A DNA stretch of 56,351 nucleotides, filler included, from Sphacelaria rigidula (taxonomy: Eukaryota): the NCBI GenBank assembly GCA_964200075.2. It is 6 parts of 6 records of this genome, joined end to end, with 100 filler letters (N's around TTAATTAATTAA, not from the genome) between each part and the next. Parts side by side here need not be neighbours in the genome. Positions count along the whole stretch, not along the records: positions 37,636 to 46,943 come from CAXNAA020008787.1; positions 47,044 to 56,351 come from CAXNAA020008788.1; 4 more parts are not named here. One strand, written 5' to 3'. The translations under genes were made by a program, and so were the position numbers. Shown in pieces: positions 44,630 through 56,351 of the stretch (position 1 is the stretch's first letter; every line of letters starts with the position of its first letter). Below the pieces are notes generated by a model. That model was not told the DNA's origin. It made no database searches and worked only from the letters and a program-made list of their open reading frames with translations.

Positions 44630-46400
44630 CAATACCTGGGATCAGATACCCGAAATTGGAACAAGCTGTCACAAACACCGTTTTCGCTCGGATTTCTTGA
44701 GGCATATCAAGTGGGGATATGTGCTGTGCCCGTCTCGTGGAAAAAATATGGAATAGCACACATGCTCGCCCCATGCGCCCATGCGCGAAGAAGCGGCCAT
44801 CCACCGAAACCCCCCGTACCCTGCTGGAGTTAGGCCAGGTTTCGACGGGTGTATCCCCTGCAAACAAATACTTTTCTCCAAGTACTTTTCCTAGACTGCC
44901 CTTCCTACCTTTTCACGGCGGGCACGGACTGCCGACAGTAAGCAAGTACCCTATATGGTCAGCGCGTGCTTTACCCGATCCTCCAGCAGCAACAGCAACC
45001 ATGCCCTACTCGAAGAATCGATTCTTCACAGGCTCCATGTTACCGAACACAACGACCGAACAAACTCGTTCCCCGACGAACTTGTCAGCATTTTTCGAGG
45101 GAGCTTCCTCGCTGTTTCTGCGTTTTCTTTATCGCGGCTCTTCCACCAACGACCGGATGGGTCGGAACCATGAACGGTTATCTGGAGTCGAGCACATCAT
45201 GGCATCGCTCAGCACCTCGCTGCCGAGGGGTTGCGTTGGTTTTAGTCGAGAGCTTGCCGTTTGTGGCGAGTCTCGTCAGCAGTGATATCTACGATTTTCT
45301 CAATAAAACAAGGTTGAACTTGTGTGATATTCCGAAGACGCAACGCGAAGCCGTGGTCACATAGGCAAACACGCGGTCGGGGTGGGGGTGTTATTCCCCG
45401 TCATATCCAGTAGTTGTACTACTGTGGCGGCATTGGATCAATCAGCTATCGATTGTCACATGACTCAGAGATTCACCATGCAACCCGGAGCTTGCGGCAA
45501 ACCGTACGCTCTCGACTACAACGAATCCTTCCCCCTCTGCAGCTAGATGCTGGGCGATGCCATGTTTTTTTTATTATATTTCTTGTCTTGAAGGAAGGAG
45601 GAAAACTTCACCAAACACTTTCTCCGAGAACGGACTCGTGTGCCGATTACGCGGAGGCTCGGCTAGACCACCGTGTGGCGGTCATATGGGGTAGGCGCCT
45701 CGAGCGTTCGGAAGGCTTTGCACAAGGCAGTATGAGAATTTAGGCCACGGAAAGCGTCTATCAACTTGGCGCAGTCACGCGCAAATCTACTCTTTACTCT
45801 TATGAGCCTCGGTCTGCCATGGTGTGCTCGACTCTGAGAGTACCGCTCATGGTCACGTCTCAAACGTTCGTTGGTGGAAGAGCCGCGGAACGTAAACACG
45901 CAACCGCCAGACAACTCCCCCGAAAAACGTCGACATGTTGGTTGGGAAGCGGGTTTGTTTTGGTCGTTGCGTTCGGTGAATGGGAATTGAACCGGTAAAG
46001 CATCGATTCTTGGGGTGCGTGCCATGGTTGCTGTTGCTGCAAGAGGGTTGAGTAGAGCACGCGCTGACTACATGGAGTGCTCACTTACCGGAGGTAGTCC
46101 GTGCCCGCCTTGAAAAGGCAAGAAGGGCAGTCCAAAAAAGGTACTTGAGGAAAAGTATGTGACTGCAATGGATGTACCCGTCGAAATCTGGCCCAAGTAC
46201 AGTAGGGCACGGCGGGTTTCGGAGGACGGCCGCTCTTTCGGGTATGGCCGTGTAGAGCGAGCATGCGTTAGTTCGTTTTTTTTCTTCAAAAAACGGGTAC
46301 AGCACATACCCCCAGCTGACGTGCCTCGAGAACTCCGCGCGAAAATGGTGTTGGTGGCGGGTTGCTTCAATCTCGCACACTTGGTCCAGCATAGGCGGTC
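44630..46400. mobile_element. Large foldback structure: ~580-bp diverged inverted arms (44630-45210 and 45810-46400)
   Basis: Plus-strand ORF 44719-45285 and minus-strand ORF 46068-46592 give near-parallel translations (STFPRLPFLPFHGGHGLP vs STFFGLPFLPFQGGHGLP); nucleotide arms are colinear in inverted orientation. Confidence 0.8.
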
Positions 46401-46636
46401 AAAAATAGTACCATGTGGTGGGCGAAAAAACACGAAACTGTGCGTCCTCCAGACTAGGGCGACAATATGACGTCTCCATAGATTTGGAAAAAATAAGTGC
46501 CGTCTACCACCCTGTATTGTACGCCCGCAAAACCTGAGGCAACATTGTTTTCGTGCAAAGGGGCTGTGTATACGTGTCCTGCACGCGTGCAATACCGTTC
46601 CGTGTGTCCAAGTTCCTGAGTCATCCTACGATAGGA

Positions 46637-46943
46637 TTGGGGGGGGACGTACTCATTTGTTGCTTGCCTTAGTCGTTTCACCATTGACCACGCATCCCTT
46701 TCGAGACGGAGTACCGTTCCTATTCCTAATAGAGACACCTTCAACATCCCGGCGCTCATTACGTTTGTTCCATACATTCCACAAAACTCTTGTACATACC
46801 TTATCCCCGTCTTCTTTCGCCGTCTCTGGCCACCATCTATCTTCTAGTATAGCCATCGATTTTTATCGTAGGGGGGGTGTACTCATGATCATGCATACCA
46901 TATTCATAAGACCATTGACCTCGCATCCCTACAAAGCCGGGAG
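46637..46943 (-). mobile_element. Two adjacent LINE 3'-end fragments (46637-46860 and 46871-46943)
   Basis: MAILEDRWWPETAKEDGDK...NGTPSRKGCVVNGETTKASNK* is homologous to ~21430-21625; the second fragment has the stem-loop terminus seen at 14940-14973; both end in C-runs. Confidence 0.8.
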
Positions 46944-47043
46944 NNNNNNNNNNNNNNNNNNNNNNNNNNNNNNNNNNNNNNNNNNNNTTAATTAATTAAN
47001 NNNNNNNNNNNNNNNNNNNNNNNNNNNNNNNNNNNNNNNNNNN
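46944..47043. other. Artificial contig linker
   Basis: 44N-TTAATTAATTAA-44N. Confidence 0.98.
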
Positions 47044-47416
47044 TTGACCTGCTGACTAGGGCTGAAATAAACTGGGGTGACGTCCAGGCGTGTGTGCCGG
47101 GTGGCGATATTGACTTCTAGAGCGTATGGTGTAGTGGTATCATCTCAGTTGCTATGTCGCACTACAATACTGCGGATGTGCCTTACTTGTTTTTGACACT
47201 GATATATATATATTATGCACAAGCATGCTGACACAACGGGACAAAAATGGTTCGCTTCCCGGCGAGAGCGCCAAAATAGGTCGTGTTTCAGCGAGAGCGA
47301 TGCTCTGCATGGAGCACAACACGGTGCGCTACACGTCTGTGTTGTCGAAGAGTTGCATATTTACTTTGAAGTACTTACTTGGATGTTTGTATGGCTGGCC
47401 TCCGAAACACCGACAG

Positions 47417-50400
47417 ATACACGTGTTTGGCTTCGACCACAAGGCTCCTCTGCTGCTGCGGGAGGTGCTGAAGAGACTGCTAAACATGGAGGCGTTTATC
47501 GAAGAAGGTGCTGCCGTGTAACTTGTGTATAGCACTAAGTTTATCTGCCTCGAATCGCTGTATAGGATGCCGAGATGGTGTGCTCTCTTTTTTGTCGTGG
47601 TGTAGATTCACTGCCGGTTCTCCAACATGGATATCTGACTGTCGGATCAGGTATGTCAACTGTATACGCAGTGTGTCTTGAGCTGATGAGCACGCCTTCG
47701 ACATACAGGCTTTCTGAGGCCTGATCTTGGCCTATGGCTGGTGGCATTAAGCAGTGAAGTGAAGGAAATGTGCGTGTAGAGTGCGCCTGAAGTGGCATTA
47801 GATAATTTTGATGAGAGCACAGGTGTTTCGGTACTTCTGTGATTGCCAGTTGAACATTTTGTGCATGTCCCGCAAGCACAGGTGGGCCACGGTCACCACC
47901 TTGTCACGACAGCTGCTGATTTGTCGTTGCTCTGTTTTTTCGTGCGTGTTCCCATGCGCGGGGCTGCGGTCGCGATAGGTCCGCTGTCCATGCAACTGGA
48001 AGCTTTGATACGCGGGTACCACAATGTTGACATGAAGCCGGGCAATCATGCTTCCAACGCAAGGATCCGGGTGAGGAGCAACAGCCACAGCCAGCAGTAG
48101 CCCATCGGATCGAACACAATCGAACATCGTGCATCTTCAAAACCTCGAATCTTCACACGAACATTTCAGCGCGAGCGCAAAATCCGTTGCGTCAACATGA
48201 GTGATTGGCCCCTCGATTGAGTTGATCGTTCGCTATACAGGTGGTCTGTGGTCTGTACAACATATTCGTCGATATCCCCTACCCTCGCCCTCGATTGACC
48301 ATCGGTGATCGTTTTTTTCGAGGGCAATGGTCTGTCCTCTGGGCAAAGCGTGGGTTGTGATCTGCTGGCCAAGCCATGCGTACTGTCGACCTCGTCCTCC
48401 CCCCTGATTTTTCACTGCAGGCACTGCGCCCCGGCCTGTGGTCGCCGGAGCAGAAGCAAGCTGCGCTGGAAGCCGTCGCTGATGAAATAGTAAAGGCCCC
48501 GAAAATGATGAAGGCAGGGTCGGGAGAAGCATCGGCGCCTGCAGGCGTTTTGTCTTTGGAAGATGTGGCGGCTTTCCTCAGCCACCTGTTCTCCAGGTAT
48601 GTGTACCCACCAGCCCGCACGCAGTACGTGGCCTGTAGCTGTGACTGCAGTCGTACCTGCACTTTTGTAGAAGTTCTCTTCAATGTGACTCGGTGTCGGC
48701 ATAGCAAAAGTATGATCACCGTCGTTGCTGCTTGATGTACTGTATTATGCGCGCAATGCGTGTACTATGTGATTTTGCGATTATGTGAAGCCAGAACAGC
48801 CATATCCACCAAGGTGTTTAGTCAACTGTTGACAGAGAAATATCTCCACAGCCTGGAGTAACCTGCAAAAAAATCTGCAAGGGTATCACATGCTCCCCAT
48901 TTTGTTTTCCTTACAGTGATTGCTCCCTCTCGCCAATCGACCAGAAACAGCTGTCATGGTGTGTTACTCGCCACTTTCCCGATTTGGTGTCTGTGTGATG
49001 CTCCTTGCCGGTGTCACAACAAGACCGACATGGTGTTAGACGCACATTCTGACAAAGAGTGCGAATATATTATAGGTTCGTGATGCGAAATCGTTGCAGG
49101 TACCAGGGATGGACGATCTCGCTCTCCCGCCCGATTTCTTGTGTATTGCATTGAAATGTGGCATTAGACGGCGAGGATATCTATCGATACGCATCGTATA
49201 CCGTAACCGCTCGCCCTGGTGGCTCAGTTGGTAACGTCGAAACCCTCTGACGGTTGGGTCGTGGGTTCAAATCCCGGAGTGATCTGGAATTTTTGCTCAC
49301 ATCATGCCCAACATTGCAGAGCGACTATGTCGTGGGTACACAAAATTCGACTGAACGGTCAACGAGGGAAAGAGGCCGCTGAACCCCTCTCGCGATAAAA
49401 AAAGGCAAGTACCGCAGAAGGAAGGTGGAGTGCTAATAATAAACGAAAGAGAAAAAGCCCCCGTGTTGACCTTCCTCCTGTGTGACCCCGGCTGATGCGC
49501 CCACATATACCGAAAGGTGAGCGGCGCACAGAATAATAGAGGGGACGACAACACACACACCGCAGTAGATGCTGGTATGTATCTACCGATGGCCATTGCC
49601 GAGATCAAAAGGTTTTGTACGCAATCCATCAGTGATCATTGCCGCCATCAATGTATTTGGTACATAATCTGTCAATGGTCATTGCCGTCATCAAAAGATT
49701 TCGCACAGTCTATCCAAAACCGTTGCTTTCATCAATAGGTTCGGAAAGTTATCTATCGATATACTTGGTCGATGGCAATAGATTTCGGTGTAGGAACACA
49801 ACAGGACTGCTGCCCGGACAAGAGTGCGGGAAAGGGGATTATCCATAGCCGTTGCCGACGACAACATACAGAGAAAAGTGTCGACCAATAGCCATTACCG
49901 ACGACAGTATTGGGGTCTTTTGCAGGATATTGTCTTGCTATTGCGGCGTCCATTGTCTATTGTACCGGATGTGGTGTGTAGAAGACACACGTCCCGATGG
50001 AAGATTGCAAATTGCTTAAAGATTGCGGGTTCATGGTGCGAAATCGTTGCGTGTGCCAGGGATGGACGATCTCGCTCTCCCGCCCGATTTCCTGTATGTT
50101 CTTAATCCATCCTGCACATGTTCTCTTATCTCATCGTCCCCCGCATCTTCGTTGGCATCGCTTCCTTTACTCGACGTTTATTGTGGCAACAGCATCGAGA
50201 TTGAGTGCTTCGTGCATGGGAACTTCACAGACCACGACGCAGGCCTGATTTTCAACGACATCGAAAAGGTACATGAATGCCCCCTCAAACTGCGTTTTCC
50301 CTCCGTGTGTATCGTCATCTCGGCATTCGACGAAGGTGGCACGTGTGACGTTGCTCCACGATTGATCAGGTGTGTTTGTCTCGTGGCATACTACTGCAAG

Positions 50401-53400
50401 GCGTACACCGCAAAACGCGTAGCACGAGCTACACCGTCGTAGATGCGGCATGCTGGTTGCTGAGTGTCGTGAGCATGGTGCGGCCTTCATCGCTTGAACG
50501 AGCAGCGGAGGCCTTGTCGCAGGCGATATCGCAAACGTCTTTCTCCTTGACATGGAGGCACCCGTGTTTCGTAATATATATATTTTTTTCCGACTCAAAA
50601 CCGATAGAGTTGCTCATCCCAATTAACCACGACGGAATTGATACTGGGAATACGTTTTTTTTTTGTTGCAATTTCGTTGTTGTGATTCGCCACCAATGAT
50701 CAGCGCTGCGCTTCTCTTGCTGTGTTTCGAAAGGTGGCTGCTGACAGAAGTAGCAAGAAGCAGGACGTCGAGGCTGGAGGGAAGTTCCAGAGGCCCGAGG
50801 AGCGAGTGGTGCGGCTAAACGCATCGCAGCACGTGCTCTACTGCTGCACTAGCAAGGATCCCACGGAGCAAAATTGTGGTGGGTGGTTTCAATGCTTGTG
50901 TTTTTCAATTTGCCGTTCAAGAGTGGGCGATGGGCTGAGGACGACTTTTGCACGATCCACTCACACTTTTGCTTCGTGTTTGAGTGTCGGCCCCTTTTTA
51001 AGCCAACGTTAACGATAGCAAGACGGATACTACACGCATCCATACATACACATGTACCTATGCTCCCAACCTCTTGTCAACACGTGATTCGCGACTCATC
51101 GTATCATAGATTTATCCGCGCTAACCCTTTCATTTTTCCTCACACGCTGACAGTGGGAAACATGGCCCACGCCTGCACCATGTTCTGGGGCGTATTTCCT
51201 GCTGACTGGACTCTCCACTGTGCACGTGTTCCTTCGTCCCCGCCGACACCCATGTTTTGGCGGACAAACCCTTGCGATGTTGATGAGCAGCGTTGGAAGT
51301 ATATTGGCAGATTGGAGAAGACAACCTGGAACAACGCGTCCTTGCAGATGCCATCGATCAGGTGAAGTCAACAACAGTCATACTGGTGAATGGGGCTCGA
51401 TTTTGGGCAATATGTTTCGGGGAAATGGATCGACCAACTACAGTAGACAGTTAGTTGAAATGCTACAGAGTCAGTTGAATGCAGAAGAAACGAAACCTAT
51501 ATGAGCCAATCAGTATCGATCACAAGTACACGCGTCACTCGAAATGACGACGGTGCTCATACAAAAGGTATCATTACTGTAGTACATTCTACGGCAACCC
51601 TGTGACTGACGTTGATGTACACCTGTGCACAGTGTTACAGCAGCAGGAGGATAGGAGCTGCTGCTCGCGTTGTTGTTGTGCCCTCCTTGTTGCAGTATGT
51701 TGTTGTGCTCATTTTCCAACGCAAATATCTCGGCAACGAAGCAGAGGATTGGACTGCGGTTTGATGCGTGCGCTTTCCACACACCAGAACTATTGAATGG
51801 CGCGGCGAGATTTCCGTAACGGGTGCCGCGGAGCCCGCAGCACTTCGTAAACCGCCAAAATGTACTGGAAAAACGCGTTTTCTTCGACGTTCGGGGGCTT
51901 TTCAGATCCGCTGTGGCGAATTGAGCTAATCCGCCGTGGCACTCCAAAGATCTAGTGTGTGTGCGGGGGGCTGCAAGTGCCACAGGCCGGTTTACTTCCT
52001 GTCTCGAGGAAGATCTATGAAAAAATTACCGCTGTCACATACTGAAACTAGAAAACTTGGGATCGAGCGTTTGTTCTGTTCGGCAAAGCTTCGGCAGAGG
52101 TCCGACCAGTCAATGACGTCTTCAATCCGTCTTCAACATCCCTCCGCGTTCATATATATTTTTGTTGACAACGTATTTTTGGTTGGTAAGGCCTTCATTC
52201 ACCGGCATAACAGTATGAGGAAATGGCCGTGGATAGGGGTAGCGGGGGAGGCCGGGCTGAGAACCTACCACTGTGCGTTGCGGCAGTCTACACGTTGTCA
52301 TTGAGTGAAGTTCGGTACAAGGGTTGGTGCCATGCAGAGGGGATTTCAGAAACGTGTGCAGCTACTCTGGAAATATCGTCTCTAGATCCCTATTGTGACT
52401 AACCGCACAGTGATGCATTGGAGATGAGGTTGGTATGTTGGCTCTGTCGGTGAAAACTCTCAAAGTAACGGGAAACGGAAAATGATGCAATTAGCGGTCG
52501 GGAGGGGGAGCTGTGGTGTGGCGATTTCCTTTCACTTTCAGCATCCATGGCAGCGGCTTCAATCACACTTCTTGTCGATCGTATTAAACAGAGACATGAC
52601 GTAATTTTCTGGTGCATTGCAACCAAACGGTAGTATCCTCGACTTTCTCGTAGCAAATCAGGCATCATTCGCCTGTCCCCCGTCCTCCAGGAGGAATGGT
52701 CCCAAATTAGCTGCAGTAATCGGTTATAACCGTCACACGTTGCACCTCTATATCTTGCGATTTGTGTCAACACTCCAATCACGCCAATGAGCAGGTCATG
52801 TCAGAGCCGCTGTACGATCAGCTGAGGACGAAGGAGCAGTTGGGGTACAGCGTCAGCTGCTCGCCGCGCTTGACGTACGGAGTGCTTGGGTTCTGTATTA
52901 CGGCGCAGTCAGCGGCTTATGGCCCGGCTCATTTGTACAGACGTGTCCGGGCTTTCATGAAGTCGTTCCGCGACACAATGGTGGGTCCGTCTGTTGCCAC
53001 AACATTGGCCTAGTGTTTTACTGCTCCAAAAGGTTGTTTGGCAGAAGTATGAAATACTTCGGAAGATATTTGAAATATACGAGCGAAGTGCTCGAGACGT
53101 TTGCAACAGATGTTCCCTGATGCTATTGTTTTCGTGTTGCAGCCCCGCCTTCCTCCCCTTAACGGCACCTCACGGAGGCACCCAACAAGGCGTTCATCAG
53201 AAAATGTCACTTCTTATAAGAAGGAGAGTTCTTTATTCTTGCATTCGCATCGACTGCTCCACAGCGCAAAGGCAATGGATGAGGAGGGGAAACGCAACTT
53301 CCTCTCACACGTAGGCCGTCCCGCCCGCTCTCTCCTTACTCGCGGCTAGGTATACTGCGTGATCAGGTGTGCAGCAGACATTCACTGTTCGCACAAGCAC

Positions 53401-54807
53401 TAACATACGGCGAGCTCCCCTCCTAGGCGCGGCAGCAAGAGCGCCACTGCCAAAGTATATGCTTCCGCCCTGGCCCCCCTTTTTCTTGTCTCGTTGCCCG
53501 TGTGTGCCCTTGGTTTTGTGGCAACGAAGGCGAGTATGACGGATAAGGTTTTCTCGACACACATGTCGTCGGCAGCGGCAAACAAGCTTCAGCCGGACAA
53601 CACTCTCAACGAGGAGGCACAGCGGCACTGGCCTGAGATCAACAGCGGCAGGCGAACGTTCCATGTGAACGTGCAAGAGGCGCACGCCATGAGACTGCTG
53701 GAACAGTCGGCCGTGCTCAAGGCCTATGAGGAATGGTGAGTGACGGTGGGTAGGGGATGGTATAGATAATTTTGTCGGTTTGTGTTGCTGCTGTTTGTTG
53801 ATCGCATCCTAGAGTAGTCAACCGAATCAATCAATTAGCAGTAGTCCATTCCAGCGCGCCATTGATTGTTTTCTTTGATACTGTTTTCCCGTCATTGTTT
53901 CATCCCGGGACCATGGTCTCTGTAGCACCCCCTTCTTCTCCCCCTTTTCCCCCTTTGAGGTAATGTTTTCGTGAATGTTTCATCACGGACATATGGTCTC
54001 TTTGTACCGCCCCCCTCGTCCTTCCCCTTCCTCATCTGTGGTTCTCTGCCGGCAAGGAGAATACAAGCGACTTGCAAGTCCGATGTGCTTGATTGGTGTA
54101 GTGGTACCACAAGCAAACCGTCTCAGGGGTGTGTGCTGTATCACACCACAGCAATCCAATCGTGCTCGTTGGTCGGGTGTTGACACAACTGTCACCGTGA
54201 CACGGTTAGCAGCTGCTCACGCTTTGCTCATGTTGCCATTTTTGGGATGTTCTTGATTATGCTCCTTAAACCCTGTTTGTAGTCGCTGGAAACAATTGGG
54301 CGGCAAAAATATCGTCGCAAAAATGTTGCCTGTATCTCTATCTTGTTAATGTCTGTAAGACACACTTGGACATGACCTAATAGAATCGATACGATGCATA
54401 GTCAGCTCAGCCTGTTACGACAACCTCTGGTGGGTGCTCGTTGCTTTGTCGACGTGCGTTTTTGCGATTTCCCTTGCTGTCGCCCTTTCCCTCCATACCG
54501 TCACATGTCTCGTCTCCGCCTTGTATGTCGCGTGGGTTTTGCTGGATCTGCCGACTTTCTGTTCCTTTCCAGGTTTTTAACGGGGGCGACAAGAGTGCCC
54601 AAGCCCTGCCTCACGCTCACGGTGACCGGCGGAGGGGGCAAGTTCACCGCAGCAGATGAGACCAAGGAGATGGAAATTGCGATCGCGGACGACCGAGAGG
54701 GTTCCCCCGCCGTGCCAAATTCACCCGTTCTCGTGCGAATCGCCACGCCGCAGGCCATTTTTAGCCCTGCCGAGGACCGCGACTTGTTTCCCAATCTTTT
54801 AGGGTGA
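47417..54807 (+). CDS. M16A metallopeptidase (nardilysin/insulin-degrading-enzyme-like), C-terminal half; exons 47417-47507, 47979-48070, 48421-48596, 50193-50268, 50734-50878, 51291-51361, 52795-52980, 53530-53735, 54573-54807
   Basis: Nine phase-compatible AG/GT exons give VFGFDHKAPLLL, IECFVHGN, QNCALEVYWQIG, MSEPLYDQLRTKEQLGYSV, LNEEAQRHWPEI and terminal LFPNLLG*. EP.YDQLRTKEQLGY is the M16A C-terminal signature. The N-terminal HxxEH half is outside the contig. Confidence 0.92.
49209..49560 (+). mobile_element. tRNA-derived SINE, full length, intronic
   Basis: A box tggctcagttggt, B box ggttcaaatcc, body colinear with 16625-16972, (CA)n tail. Confidence 0.88.
49560..49770 (-). repeat. 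Degenerate ~43-bp subrepeat array, inverted copy of the 25890-26055 family
   Basis: caccgcagtagatgctggtatgtatctaccgatggccattgccg is approximately the reverse complement of cggcaatgagtatcgatagatgcataccagaatctaccgtggtg. Confidence 0.7.
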
Positions 54808-56351
54808 TAAGAGGGAGCAATCACGCTGGATTGCTGACGGTGAATACGAGTGCGTGGGGTGGTGCGTTGATTGAAGTTTTGTCACCCTGGTGGCGCGGTG
54901 CGCCGTCTGGTGGTTTTCTATTTGTCTTGGTTTCAGTAAAGCTGGCTTTGTGTCTGCGGAATACTGTCAAGAGTAAGCTGTCCGCCTGTTTCACAAGACG
55001 AACCAGGTTCATGCGAGCTCCTCGTCAAACGTCAAGATCCGAACATGATGGCACCTTCGTGCGCTCTAACCCTAACCCTAACCCCCCTACCCAAAGCATG
55101 CCGATAACGTTGCAGCAGGGGGGTGAGGAAGGGGTTCAAGGCGGAGTGCGCGTTTGTAGAGCTAAAATGGCCGTCGCAGGCGCCTACTTCAGCAAAAACA
55201 TGCACGTTGGGAGCCCTTGTAATTGTCAGTCCCTGTAAAAGTTCGAAAAATACGGCCTACATCTGCCTACATTAAGATTAATGATGTTTCAACGTTGAAA
55301 ATGTTACGTCGAGCTCGCGTTAACTCGGAAGATTTTTCTCAAGAATTTGGGACTTATTTGTTGCCCTTTGCAATGCCTAGTTCTGTTTCAACTGCTACAA
55401 TTCGCTGACGTTTGTGTGTTGTTGTCTGTGTGTCATGGTGTCCACCTCGGCCAAGAAGCCGTAAGCAAAGCGTCCGGGCGGATACCATACCAGCAGATCA
55501 ATTTCGTAACCAGCCGTCGGAAACATTCTTGCGACAATAGGTGGTGCACTGCTAAAAGACTATCGCGCCCGGACGGTGAAAGTCGGTCATACACAACAGT
55601 GCATATATTCGTGGGGCGGATTATGAAACACACGAACTGACCGAAGCAGCGGTGACGTCACAAACAAGTTGACACAGAAACCAACACCCATGGAACGGTG
55701 GAGGTGAAATGTTCTCCTTTCCCGCAACAGCCTGAACTACTACCGAAGTGAGATCCTGTGGTGCTGAGGGTTCGAAGAAGAGAGCAGGCATTTGAGGGCC
55801 TACCGGCGCACTCTGCACTGCACGGTGTTGGGAGTTTGAGAAAGTGGGCGGACGGCTGAGGGCCTATCCTTCCGCCCTCCTCGAAACGGGTCCGTGCTTC
55901 CAAGGGATCAACCCAATCCTCCCCTGGTATGATATTATCATCATTAACAACGTTTTCGTGAGATTTAGAGTAGCGCTGAGTGAGAGTGGCTTTTATCATT
56001 CGCTTCAACTTAGCCAATTTTTCATTCCGTGTGTGTCTTCCTTTGCCTTTATCACTGCCGTGTGCCTACAGCTACACTTCGATATCCTTCTCAGGGATAT
56101 CAAGGGCCTCAGTGGCAAGCTCCTACAGAAAGCATATCGGGTCTCGTGGAGGGGCATTTCGGAACTGAAACGATCGATTCACTCATTGAACGATGTTCAC
56201 TCTCAATCGTACTCTCTACCCTCAATCTCGCAAAAACAGCCCTTCCTGGCATGTGTGTGACAGAGGACAGTAGTAGCGGTGACGGGAACATTGCCCTATT
56301 TTTCAACATGTTTTTCAGCGCACAGAGGCGCGTCCTGTCCAAAAGGAGAGG

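Noticed and set aside
49075..50098. Duplicated 34-nt exon-like unit (GGATGGACGATCTCGCTCTCCCGCCCGATTTC) at ~49106 and ~50060 as alternative exons
   Set aside because: Exon 48421-48596 already joins 50193 in phase with the expected spacing (LFSSIEIECFVHGN); inclusion would shift the frame. Treated as an intronic duplication.
53272..53310. In-frame candidate exon AMDEEGKRNFLSH in the M16A gene
   Set aside because: The direct join 52980 to 53530 already supplies the equivalent helix (ASMTDKVFSTHM) and the acceptor is weak; not supportable without RNA data.
55658..56342. Minus-strand ORFs at the window end
   Set aside because: No recognisable motifs, and interrupted by a short repeat (~55890-55930) also seen at ~17297-17340.

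Overview
Eukaryotic, intron-rich, repeat-rich DNA, most likely from a brown alga (Phaeophyceae). That assignment is inferred from the short exons with long TE-filled introns, a Chlamydia-PMP-like repeat exon, a possible heterokont bipartite targeting peptide and TTAGGG motifs. The window is not one locus. It is six contigs of 9309, 9309, 9309, 9308, 9308 and 9308 bp joined by identical 100-bp linkers (44N-TTAATTAATTAA-44N), i.e. a size-sorted concatenation of unplaced contigs. Contig 1 holds the 3' part of a gene for a fibronectin-III-domain protein ending in a CC-TIA prenylation box. Contig 2 holds four internal exons of MRE11 (minus strand, one GC-AG intron) whose introns are packed with MITEs, SINEs and LINE tails. 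Contig 3 holds a decayed IS630-Tc1-mariner (Sailor-like) transposase, a 2.4-kb LINE RT remnant and one symmetric GGAI/FxxN (PMP-like) repeat exon between duplicated intron blocks. Contig 4 holds a head-to-head inverted duplication and a decayed spliced gene with a P-element-like helical region and a SAP-like motif. Contig 5 is mostly TE remnants plus a possible first exon with a signal peptide. Contig 6 holds nine 3' exons of an M16A peptidase (nardilysin/insulysin-like). No rRNA, intact tRNA or CRISPR array was seen. Most short ORFs in the supplied track look spurious. All family assignments are by eye from motifs, without database searches.
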